DNA of 64,000 bases from Acanthaster planci (lineage: Eukaryota): positions 2,778,204 to 2,842,203 of the forward strand of contig NW_019091362.1 in NCBI RefSeq assembly GCF_001949145.1, read 5' to 3'. The notes beneath the pieces were generated by a model. That model was given only the letters and a program-made list of their open reading frames with translations. It ran no database searches and was not told the DNA's origin. Within the stretch, counting starts at the first letter, position 1, and each line of letters starts with the position of its first letter. This document shows positions 1 through 12,800 of this stretch, one piece after another. The translations under genes and the position numbers were made by a program.

Positions 1-866
1 CTGCTTGTTCATCATCTTCATCTTCCTCTTCTGCTTCCTCTACCTCCAGCAACACAAGCTCAGAGTCGTCCAACTCTAGTATAGCCAAAGCCTTCTTCAA
101 CACCCCTCATCTTGGGTCCTCCACACCCAAGCGCATCAACTCCCCAAAAAACTACACTCCGGTGGAAAATCTATATGACTCATGGCGGCTGGACATCGCA
201 GCTAAGAGTGAAGGCACTACACCACCTGCAAATGCTGTAGATCCTGTCCAGAGGCCCAAGAAGTGTTCAGGGTACTATGCTGAAATATCAGACTACATGT
301 CAACAGCTGCACTGGGGAGCTCTCGGAATCCTACGGAAAATCAGGCAGTGGTTCTTCCTCCACCATTGCAGTTTTGCAACAGCCACCGCAAAGTCAAGGA
401 GAAAGTTTTGTATGTGAATCTGCCGGCACACGTGACCAACATTACATCCCAAACAACTGAGCATGCAGTGGAAGACCAGCAGGTGGATACTATCATTGTC
501 AATGGTTATGCGGACCCTCAGGACGAACTGATGAACGAATCCAGGGGCTATGAGAATGGCTCCCTTTCAGCCTACACCAAAATAGAAGACGGCGCCAATC
601 CATATGAGACCCCTCTCGATATGGCCACGGCGGCCACGCAAACGGAGCAGGAGGTGGTGACAGTGTCCTGCGAGTGTGGGGAGTTCCTGTGCCTGCCGGC
701 TGAGATGGAGGAGATAGTAGCCCAGCTCAAGCATGAGCAGAACATGCGGATGGTGTCGGAACAGCTGGTCAAGATGGTAGAGGTGGAGATCAAGGAGCTG
801 AAGGAGGACCTCCTCGCCAAAAAGACTGATCTGGTCCGAGCCTTGGAGGAAAAGCAGAGTGCTCAG
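1..866 (+). CDS. Scaffold gene exon A (5'-truncated): Ser-rich segment, Tyr motifs, start of coiled coil
   Basis: Frame is open from base 3 (ACSSSSSS...PVENLYDSW...EEKQSAQ). Donor CAG|GTAAGA at 866/867. The tail of the 162..1049 ORF is intron read-through. Confidence 0.85.
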
Positions 867-3800
867 GTAAGAAAGTTTTGCTTTTTACCCCAGCTCTTAT
901 ACCAAGGGCCAAGACTCACAAAAATGTTGGCAATAAAGGAAGAGGGAAAGCCCAGTCCTGTAGGTATAGTTGGAGATGCGGGGGAGGATACAGTAAAGGG
1001 AGGGGTTCTGTGTCATTCTGTTGAATGCAGTAACAGAACATGTCCTTGAGCAGACTGTTGGATTATGTCCAGTCGGATTCCATTAATGTGCCTTTATTAT
1101 GTTCATTCAATTTAGAATGCAGAATTGAAACATTGAAATTTTGTTTCCTTTTAGTTTAGTTGCAGGATTCATACAACATTTTGACATTTGACATGGGCAT
1201 CATTTTCCTCTCTGCAAAGCCGACATTGCCAGTAATTGTAACACCTACACATGGGAAAATAGCCACACCCGGTGTCACAAAATAAAAGGTCATTTACATG
1301 CATATTTAAGTTTACGTCTGCGGATTGTGATTACTGGGAAAAAGGTTACTGTGAATGCCCTAACTTGTGTCCTTGGCAAGAGTGAATAATGTGTAGGGAG
1401 TGGTGTAGGATGTCACAGGTTGCATTTTGTGACTTACACGTATATGCCCCTTCATCTAGCCTACTTTTTATTCTTGTTCTTTTTTCATTGGAAATGTCAA
1501 CATTTATTACTTGACATTGACATGTGAAGTTTCTGATCATGTGAAGGCCAAATGATGCAAGTCAGAATGAGCAAGCTTCCTTTTTGAGATCTGGAATTAA
1601 AAGTGCATTAAGTCCGAAACAGACTAGCAACTGTGCATGTAAGTCTTCATTAGCTGTTTCGGACACCGGCCGAAACAGCTTTTGGTTTTCTTAACATTTT
1701 TTTATTTTTTATTTTTTTTTCTTCTTTTTCCATTTTTCTCCATAGGCATAACATGTGGTCGTTCTAGATGTGACTTTTGGATCTTACCTTAGACTGATTC
1801 CCTTCAACTGTTGCACATAGTTAGACTATCATCTGCAAATATATGCCAAATCATGCCATCATCATGATGTCATCACCTGATTTATTATAGAATATTGAAC
1901 ATTTAAGTTTTTCCCATATATTTTGTACATGTTTTTGAAATTTTTTTCCCCGAACTTGGCAATGTTGCATCTTTGACAAAGCAAAGCCCTGGAGACCAAA
2001 AATGTACTAAAGGAATGACGTTATGAGGATGTTATCAGGCGTCAAATTACAAAAAATCAACCATGACTTCCCGCAGCTTGGTTTGTGCACCAAATAACAG
2101 AGTTATGTTTGGTCTTTATTTCTTCTCATGTGGGTAAAATTGCTTGACCCTTACTTTCTGTCAAAACTCATCTTAACCAGAAGTGTTGTATATTTTGAAA
2201 TTGATGATAGATATGAACGTAATTTCAACGGTATGAGTCTCTGACACAATTGTTTTCTTCAAATTATGTACCGATGATGCTGTCATGTAATACTTGAGCG
2301 CCCTCCGGCGACAGGTTAAAACATGATTAAAATCTATTTTGAATAGATGTCGCCGTGGTGCAGTTTGCTGGAGTGGCTTGAAAATTGATAGATACAATGA
2401 CCTCAACACCTGCAATGTTTGTGCAAAAAAATAGGTTGATGACATCATTAGACCGGCAGTTATAATGAAAAGTTCTTTAATTCATTAAATATTGCAAAAA
2501 AAAATCAATCCTGATGGCTACAGGCTGAAGTTGTCCATCAAAACCTAGAGTAAATATCTGCATCCATTGTGCAAGGTGTTTGGCTCCTTTCATTGTTTAT
2601 GCACGCAGTGCACTGCTAATGAAAAATAATGCCATCCCATGGTGATGCCGGTAACACAACCCGTAGGGGTAAAGACGTGTAATGTGTGTATTAAAATTGA
2701 GCCAAACTGTTTCAGGGAATCTGACAAGTTTCCAGCCATGCATATTGGGCCCTGCATATACTGTGTGTGCTAAATTTTGAACAGTGGACTTGACAATGGC
2801 AGTTCAATTTCTGCCCTTTCCAACAAATATTTTGTTATTCCTTGCACAAATCCAAAGATTTCCCTTAAACAGCTCAGTGTTTTTCTACCAACAAAGCCAT
2901 GTCCAGCTAATAAGTGATTTTTAACCCTTTTTCCTTGGTTCTTTTTTGTTTCCATCCCTGTTTCTTTCCGTCTTTTTTAGTAAATTTTTTTAGGGGAAGG
3001 GTGGTGGCAGACATTCCTCTTTCCCCTCCTTGGGATGCACATGAGTAGTGGTAGATGATATCACAATTTTTCATCAGGATACGATGTTATTTTGAAAAAT
3101 GGAATTGCCCACCTTTTTAAAAAGTATTGACTATTTGGATATTGACAATACCACATTTATATCGGCACTTTTTCTCTAAACCTGAGTTTTCTAATATTAA
3201 ATTTTATACAGTTTGCTTTGTTTTCCCATCAAAAACTTCACTGATTTCTATCAGCTGAGCAAAACTAACTGCATTTAGCAAAAAATGTTTATGTAAGGTG
3301 TTAAAACCTAGGGATGAATCTTAATTATAGCTCACAAGGATTCCTGAAACATTATATGTCAAAACTTTAAACAAGCCTCAAATATAAACAGGCAGTGGAT
3401 GAAGCAACATAAAATTTCGTGTCATGTTTTATGAACAGTTCCCATGCAGCTTGTGGTGCTGACACTGGTGGTATTAAATGGTGACTGATTTTCCAGGAAA
3501 ATAGAATTATTTGAAGACCATTTACATCAGGTTAGGCGAGACAGAAACAAACGATATGTCTGCATCGGCTAGAGTGCACATGTGACAATTTGTAAAAAGT
3601 CATTTCTTTTTCCAACCCATATTGATTATGCATAATTTTATATTTACAATTTAGGGGAGTTTTGATCATGCACAAATTTGATTTTATCATTGCATCGACA
3701 ATATAATTACCCCAAAATTGACTGCTGAAAAAAATTTACAATCGCCAGCACTACTTATGGGCATTTCCAGTCATAGCCAAAACTTCGGAAAAGGCTTAAC

Positions 3801-6800
3801 TGGAGGACTGGGAAAACAAACCGGTCAGCGGATCTGGTCAGTTCCCTCACCCTCCCAATAATTCAGTTGGAGTTGTTTTCTTGATTGAGAACATCCCTGA
3901 TAATGGAAGAATGCTGCTCTCCGGGAAAAGTCTTAATTTTGATTTGGGAGACTGCTGAGTGACGGAAACTTCCAGTCCATTTATTGTCACTCCCCAGTAG
4001 AGTCATCGTACAACACTTTCTAGGATTACAGATGTAGATCAGGTCAGTTTTTGTCATCTGCACTACTCAGAGTGACCTTCAAAATTTGGTGTTAAAGTCT
4101 AACTCGTAGAATTGTGGAAATGGACAATTCTGTTGGACTCGTCCAAGAACTGACTTTTTGGTAGTCAATGAAAGTCTGTCCACATTTCAGAAGCTTACCG
4201 TGTTTGAAAGAAAACTAGGATATTTGATGCCAGGTACTTTTGTGTTTAGTTTAGATTGAAACATTCAGGTGCAGTAAAAAGTTGTTTAATTTGAAACATC
4301 TCAACAAGTCAGCAGACTAAAAAGTGAAAAAAAAAGCACACAAAGAACTTACATTTCAAGGCCCTATTGCACTTTTGTAGAAATCTCCATCTATTCCTCT
4401 TTAAAATCTCTGCAGATGTTCATCAGTACTTTGTAATGTTTATTTAATGAGCTCCAGTGCACTCCAGTTTTGACTTAGTCACACGGGCAAAATGGTCCTT
4501 CAGAGAGTCTCTTCTCGTTTGTTTAAGGACATTGCCTCATTAAGTGGTTCATTCAGTTACTGAATTTGTCAAGAGATTGGAAAAAATTGAAAAAGAAATT
4601 GGAAAAATATGCATCAGATGACTTGTCACCTGACTGAAGGACTGTCTGTGAGCAATTTTAATAAACTGCTCAAAGTGTAAATAGGGTTCCAGAGTTTAAA
4701 TTTGTTACTGGCTACAGTTTGAAATAACGTGTGAGAATCTCAATTCCCCTCAAAAGGAACTCCCAAATCCCCCCAAAACAGATAATTGGGAGAAATTTCA
4801 GTTACGGAAAGAGATAACCAATGAACAGATGGCTCTAAATTGTTTCCTAACTAACATGACTTGAATTGCGTGAAATTTATAGGAAGAGTACCTTTATTTT
4901 GATCTGCCGTAGGAAGATTGATTCTGCGATAGCTTTTATGGTAAAAATCATATTTTAAACATTGTTTTCCACAAGATTACTGTACTCAAGTACAACTTTT
5001 TGAAATACTTCAGGAAGCCCCCTACCCTACACTGTGCCTGGCACAGAATCCAAACACATTTTTCCCCAGGACTTTGATTTCTTTTTTAGGATGATGTGAT
5101 GTTCGGTGCATGCCGCTAGATAAATGAAGGCATCCTGTTTCCTACCCATTGCACATGGAGTCACACTGACAGCAGTCACCCGATTGGATAACTAAAACAT
5201 TGCTACCATAACAGTAACTTTGTTATGTAGTAATTGATTAGTCAATCTATGCAGATTGTTGACGTAGGCCTACATGTACAGTCAGGGCTAGATTAACTTT
5301 TCTGCAGACCCTAGAACCAGTGTTCTGTAGGTCCTACTCTGGTCTACATGTACCTGGGGTATCCAGGTTTAGTTGGGTGGGTGGGGGGGGGAAATGAAAT
5401 TTATTTTCTAACTACGACTGTCCAATATCTGAAACAGTACAAGAATTTTCAGCACCTCTTCCCTCTGAGTGGCACCGGTACATATTGCAGTAACAGTTTT
5501 AAAATGCTACCGCTGCCACTTCCTTAAAAAGAAAAAAAAAGTCACTCTTGTAGGAGGGTGAAGGGGAGATGTCCCCCTGCACTCTGCTAGATATGCATTT
5601 CAGTACTCTGCACAACATAGATCATGGACTTAAGGGGGTAAACTGTTCAGTTTTACCTAAATGTAAATGTATATCACATTGGTTCATGAACCACATGGAT
5701 GGCCCTCGCTGTGGAGAGTATACAGGCCTATATGTGCATCGGATGGAACCTATGATTGACCTATTTCTGCTGCTTTTACAATGGGGTAAAAGACGAACCC
5801 TGACCTATCAAAAGGTGCCAGTGCTGACAAGATTGTCTTGGGTGACCGTCTGTCTTGCATACATCACTGAAGGGAACACAAACATGGCTTGACGTTAAGT
5901 TTTAAGTAAGAAAAAAGTAATAATTTGTTAACATTTCCTGAGGTTAGCTTGTAAGCCCCTGTCATGCCTCATTTTGAAGGTAACTGAATTAGTGATCCAT
6001 ATCCGGGCAGCTTGTCATGGGACCTTATGAAATTGAATGCACAACAAGTAGAGAGTGTCCGATTGCACGCCACTGCAACCATGGCTTGCACGCAGGTGGT
6101 TGAAAAACCTTGGATGGTGTTTCAAGTTTGCACCTCCCTCATACTGGACTAATTTATCGCATCCTGTGTGCAAGTGCTCCCAGCCAAAACCACGGAGCTA
6201 AGCTGACAATTGAGTCTTGATTCAAGACATGCCAGAGGTGATAATTACTGTAGCTGCAGGTGCATTCCTATTGGACCGAGCTCGATTTTTGATCGATTTT
6301 AATGTTTTGCAAATTTCTACGTGAAAGTTTTCGCTCAGTTTCTGCACAGGGCTATTTCTCACTAGGCCTGGCCAGTTGGGCAAAGTTGTTGTTTCATCAA
6401 CTTTCTTTAACCAAGGACCTTTGGGACACTGAAATAAATAGTTTTGATGACTTAACCATTTGTCATCATTTTTATAGAGGGATAGACATGCCAAAAAAGT
6501 CACTTCTGTCTGTTGCATGTGACATGCTTACCTCTTTGTGAAAATGATGACCTTTCGACTAGTCTTAACAGATAATCTGTGAAGTGCTTTTTTCTACCAA
6601 CTGACACCCATACAAGCAGCTCAGATTATTCATATTACCATTTGGGGTTATAATATTAAGGGAATAAATATATGTACCCTACTTAGCCAGTCTTAGTAAG
6701 CATCGACCAGCCAAACACATAACTTAAGGCATTCAAGGTGAGCGTGACCAGAGCATCCATTCTCCTGAGCTGGTCTTAAATGACATTTAAGATTGACCAA

Positions 6801-9800
6801 GCACATTTTTTATGCTATTCATAGCCTATATGCCTTTCGAGTCACACAGTCAAAACAAGTTTTAAAAAGTTATACACTTTCCAACAATTTTGTTCTACAA
6901 TATACTTCATTTCTTACGACCAGTCCTTATATAGTCATGTTAGTGTATGTGCCTCCCGCTATACAGTCCTTTATCAACTGTTTAAAACGGGCCATGTGAC
7001 GTGCTTTGTATGTCTGTGATTTCAGGGAGAGCTCCGTGAAGCGACAAAGATTGCTGCCCAGTATAAAATACAGATTGATGAACTGGAAAAGGACTTGACT
7101 CAAGCCAAGGCAGAGGTAACTAAACACTGGAAAAAGGATGCTACACGAAAGTTAAAAGTACATGTATGCAAGAATGAATGTACACAAGCTGAGCCAGTGA
7201 GCTAGTCAAGGTACATGTTCACCTGGAAAGGAAAGAGATTATTCTTAAAAGAGAGCAGTCTAGTGTCATGATAACTCTCCAGCAAGGGGCTTGGAAAAAA
7301 GATGGCAGCAATCAAGGTTTTACAGGTGGATATGTACAAAAGTCCAAAGTTGCAAAACAACCAGTCGTACACAAACCATCAAGTCATCAAGGAAGCAAAT
7401 GAGCAATGAACCCACTGCAAAAGGGTCATACTAAAGAAATAGGAGAACCAATCTTTATGTGTGTCCCAGTCACATCTGTAATTTTGTAAGTTTTGAACAC
7501 ATTCTTTAATTTCCATGAATGGTTATTATTAATGCAAATTACTTGCCCCCCAATAGTTTTGATTCAATTTCAATGATATTTCCACTCCAAAGTACACAGA
7601 TCAGGTGTGACACAGATCAGGTGTGACACAGATCAGGTGGATCCCATATTTATAGAATAACCCAAAAAGAAGCAATATGGGCATTTAAAAATAGTGCGCC
7701 TCCAAGAGTTTGCAACGTGTTGATCAATCACAGTGCGCAAAATTTGTCGACCCAATGTGCATTTGGAAAGGGTTGACAAATTTTGCTCACTATGATTGGT
7801 CAAGGCATTGCAAACTCTTGGAGGCGCACTATTGTGAATCACCTGTATTAAGCCACAGATGGCATATGATTGGTCAAGTGGTAGTTTGGAAAATATGTTG
7901 GGTTGGGAGAAGGGGGAGGTTGAACATGCAAGTCTGGCTACTTATTAAGGTTCATCAAGATTGTTTTCATTTGACATGCAAACCTGTCCGGGTCAGTCAC
8001 GCTGCTTTCACTCACACTGGCGCGGATTGATGTGGGCGGATTAACCATTTCCCATCTATAACCCGCATTTCCCCTTTTTTTCCCCCTTGCTGCTGTCTGA
8101 CAGATTGCAAAGCTGGAGGAAAGAGTTGCAATAGATAGCAACCAAGACAGCAGGTAAGTCTCTACCAACTTGGGTTCCAAGGAGAAGGTTGGAACAGTTT
8201 AACGTTACCATTCCTTCCTATACTGTTACACAGTCTGAAGTCTCAGTGGAGTCATTTGTACATGAATCCTCCAGATGACCTTGTGATTTTCTCCTGAACT
8301 TAATGACTCTACATGGAACAGTCTCTTGCGTGTTCAGTGTCATGATTACTATTGTGGTACACGACCGTTTCGATCACTCCGAGATACAGTCATACATGAA
8401 TTTGAAGGTCAACCACAAACTTTATTTCAATTCATTGATAGTAAAGTGGGCATTTGGATAATATCTCATTTCCAACATGTGCGTAGAGCCAATGTAAACG
8501 GCAAGCAATGGAAACAAAACTGTCTTGTCCCCGTGCCTGGAGCGCTGCGCCGCACCACTGGTACGCGTAACTGGCTGGCCGCGGCAGCGGCCAGGGTTAG
8601 GCTGCGCTGAGGCATGGAGCGGCGTTTAGTGACTGATTTCATTCTTTAAATGTTGTTGTATGAACCACCTGCAGTTCATTATAAACCGCAGAGATATTTG
8701 AGATTGAGAATCAATGTATAAACCGCGGCATACATTCTGAAAATTATGGAATATTGAGATTATATACATGTATTAAGTAAAAAAAAAACACACACACACA
8801 CCAACGAGCGGAACTCGGAAGCAAACGGGGGGGTGTTTCGTTCTAGATAGTAAACATCCAAAAGAAAGCTGCGATATATTCTGGTGGCCCAAAGAATCTT
8901 ACGAGATGTGGTTGCCATGGAGACTGGGCTGCAGCTGTCTGATTATGGAAGAGGATGTTGGAATGTTGGGTGTTTGCTTTCTAAAACTTACATTCAAGTC
9001 CCTTCTCTGACACACCCATTTGTTCTGTATCGTTGATTTGTTTTCAGATCCAAAGAAGAAAGCAGCGATCCGGACTTTGATAAAAGGATTGCCGAGGCAA
9101 AGGACACAGAGGCCAAGAGCCGTCTTGAAGGTAGACCTGAGTGTTGAATTGGATTTGATGTTCTCTGTGCCTGTACAGTTGCTGTGACCAAGCTATGACC
9201 CCTCCCCCAGTGGGCAGATTAATCTTGGACTGAATACTTGGGTCCAGAGCATCTTGACCCAATTTCCCTAGACAATCCTCCGGGGTTTTCCCTCTGCACC
9301 TGTGGAAGTTGGGATTTCCTTTTGAATCAAGTGGATTCTATTACTGGTCCATGGTCAGTGGAAGGGTTTGCTTTTGTACTTGATAGTGTCCTCTCCCTCC
9401 TCCAGGGTTCCCCATTTAAAGTGAAATTTCCTTTAGTGTCAGGAGTGTCTCCAAGAAATATATGTCAGTCACAGGTACTTGTGGTTTTGCGAAAAATGCC
9501 TGCCAAGTCTTTAATTGCCGGTCGAAACAGGTCAAAAGCGATGTTTGTTTTTTGGGGGGGATTTGAAAGACAAGCAGAATGTGAAAAAACGGAAAGAAGC
9601 AAAAAAANNNNNNNNNNNNNNNNNNNNNNNNNNNNNNNNNNNNNNNNNNNNNNNNNNNNNNNNNNNNNNNNNNNNNNNNNNNNNNNNNNNNNNNNNNNNN
9701 NNNNNNNNNNNNNNNNNNNNNNNNNNNNNNNNNNNNNNNNNNNNNNNNNNNNNNNNNNNNNNNNNNNNNNNNNNNNNNNNNNNNNNNNNNAATGGATTGA

Positions 9801-12800
9801 CAACACCACATAATGGATTGACAACACATAATGGATTGACAACACCACATAATGGATTGACAACGTCACATAATAGAATGAGGACACAATCAAACTACTT
9901 TCGCTGAGTAACATCATATTTTGGTACATTTGGCATTCCATACATGTGCTCTTTGTGTGTGCGCTGGTTACCAACTTGGGCCTAATGGAAGACTTTGACA
10001 CGCTGGCAGTGGCAGTCCTTTTTACCAGTTCTAAAGATCTCTGCTTTATTCTGAGCATACGTGCACAGTTCTGAGTTGACACAAAACTGTGAAAAAGGAC
10101 TTGTATGTCTATTACCACCTGCATCTCAAAGCTTTTCCTTGATAAACTTCCCACCATCCTGTTTCTTCTTTTGCCACTAAGGGATGCTTCTACTCAGGGT
10201 GGGTAGTCACCCATAAGCAAATGATCTTGTCAAATTTTTAGACTCAACTTTGAATAAAATATTTTTCGTGGGGGACATGACAACTTTAATCTCCTTTGCC
10301 CCCTCCCACTCACCCAAATCATTTATCTCTCTCTAACAAGGTTGTGATTTCAATTAATTTTGATTTTTTTTTCCCCTTCCTGACGTGTATTATTACACTG
10401 TATACTGTGTTTGCCCCCAAAGGCTTGTGAAAAAAAAACCACAAGCGTACTCGAGTGGGAATCCATCCTTGGAAATCTTTGGGATTTCACTAATTGAAAC
10501 AGGAGTGTGTACAAAACTAAAACCAAGATAGAACTAAAAAGATCCTTCTAGATTTTAGTATCTTAACTTTCTGCTAATGCACATATTAAAGTTGTAGTTG
10601 CCAAGACTTGAAATGACTCCTTTGAGAAAATTGATATGGGGAGGGAATTATGGAGCGTTTGGAGTAATTATATTTGCTAGTTGCAGATCTGTAAATTTCA
10701 AATTGGTTCTGTAGCCTACATACTCTCTGTGACAATAACATGCAGCTTAAGAACCAACCATTTTAAAATACAGTATGCTGCAGTGTTTGGGGCCTTCTTT
10801 GCCATGCTGATCTGAATTTCCTGAAGATAAACATCACTTTTCCTCACAACAGTGTTCTCTGATCTTGGCTAACAATGATATTGATGAAGGTAGTAAAAAC
10901 AAAGGAATTTCATCTTGAGTAGCTTATGTTTAATTTATTTCAAATCCTTCCACACTTAAGGGATTGCATTATGCTGAAAATTACGTAGACCTAAAAATCA
11001 GTAAAAATCATGTACGTGAAATGCACAGTATGTGATATACACATGTAGCTTAAGATAAATGGTAAAATTAGTAAGAGATAAAATGAAACCTGCTAAAAGT
11101 TGTCTGTTGAAAAACCACTCGTGGATCGAGAAAAGATCCAAAGTATTTCATATTGTACCTAGCCTTGACTCCAAAACTGGTGTTTAAAAAATCAAAACAA
11201 GTGATTTGGTCAGTAGCAAAGATCATATAGATGGAGAACTTCACGTTCAACTACACATAAAATGTTGTAATTGCATAGGCACCATTTGAGCAAGTGATAC
11301 GCCTGCACAATGCACATTACTGCATGGGGAGGCCCCGCAGCAGGCATGTGCACCTGGTGAGCCTGCGCCGAAGCATTACCGTAAACCACGCAGGCGTATC
11401 GCTTGCTCAAATGGCGCCCGTGGTAATTACACCTTTTGGGCAGAGTCATCCATCTTGCGCCTTTGGCGCTGTACGATCTTTGGTCAGTAGTTCCATGAGA
11501 GATGGAATTGCGCTTTTGGTGTATCCTTGAACCTCTGAGATTGATCTGCCTCTCAACCTTTGGCATCCACCTTGCCCCAAGTAGTTGGTTTCCCATGGGC
11601 AGAAAAATGCCTTGTCCTGAATCACGGCAAGAATGGTTGCGTCTGCACCTCTTCATCGGACCATTACCTGCGACAGGCCAAACTTCGATTTTAGAATTTG
11701 TAGTATGTTGAATAACTCCTGAAAAGGACAAGAACATTCACTTGCGGTTCTCGATGCAGTCCTGACATTGAGCCACATGTTGTGTGGGCAGTGCAAAATA
11801 TTCCCCTTCCCCCAGATATTGAAGCTATCTGTCTCGTAATGACTTCCTTTAATCAAATGAGCAGATCATAATTACCTCCTGGATAGATATCCCTGATCAC
11901 AAGGTGTTGTCATGGTAATAGTTGTGTCATGAACATCTCATCTATTGCTACTCCTCCGCAAACTGAATCATACCTGTCCTGTGCCAAAGACGTCCCTGAT
12001 GAGGTCTTCAGTCAATGTGGTACAGTTTTTAAATGTAAACTTGTTTTCATGCCGGACTTTTTGCGTGCCCATGGTGAATTTCTGGAAATAATATCCAGCT
12101 GTGACACAGGCAATCCTACATTTTGAACCTGAAATATCAGGCTCTCTGTGTATAAGGAAACCAGTTAATGCGAGAGAAATTGGAATGAAAAAAGTAGCAG
12201 ATAAAGATTTGTAGGGTAAAAGCTCTCACCCTGCAAGGTCCAAAGCTTGCTGATGTTGGATTTCCAGTGTGCTGTGGTGCAGTCTTTGCTCTATGCATGC
12301 TGCTGCCATAGACATGCAGAGCCTTGATCTGGCTGCTGTACACAATAGATACAAGTATAGTCAGTTCCGTGCTTACTCTGTATGTTGCTTTAATATGTAA
12401 TTTTGCATGTGCGCCGTTAGTTCTTACACCGTGCGATTGGACAATTTGATTTTGACGCGATTGTACAACCATCAGTTTGAGGCTCTGCATGCCTATGGCA
12501 GCAATGTGCAAAGAGCAAATATGACCTCTGTGTTTACACTGAAACAAATTGAAAAATGTTGAGGAAAAAAATGACTTTGCCAATTTTTTTGATGTCAGTG
12601 TTACAGTTAGTGATCAATTTTCTTTTCTTTTATTAGGGGGAGGGCATGCAGTACATCCCTATTCAAATGCTCAGTACTTTAGAGCCTTGTTTCTTAGCTG
12701 ACACAGGGCTTTCAGTGGAAGTCTACCTTGATTTGCTTGCCAGTGATGAAGTCATTTTACAACTGGGTGACTTTAATATGCATCCAGAAATATCAGACAC

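Noticed and set aside
6544..6604. ATGATGA...CTGA as a C/D box snoRNA
   Set aside because: Only a ~3-bp terminal stem and no recognisable rRNA-complementary guide.
9791..9873. Short direct repeats as a CRISPR array
   Set aside because: Head-to-tail units without unique spacers, eukaryotic intron, no cas genes.
9238..10157. Long ORFs spanning 9.2-10.2 kb
   Set aside because: Artefacts of the N gap and the adjacent minisatellite.
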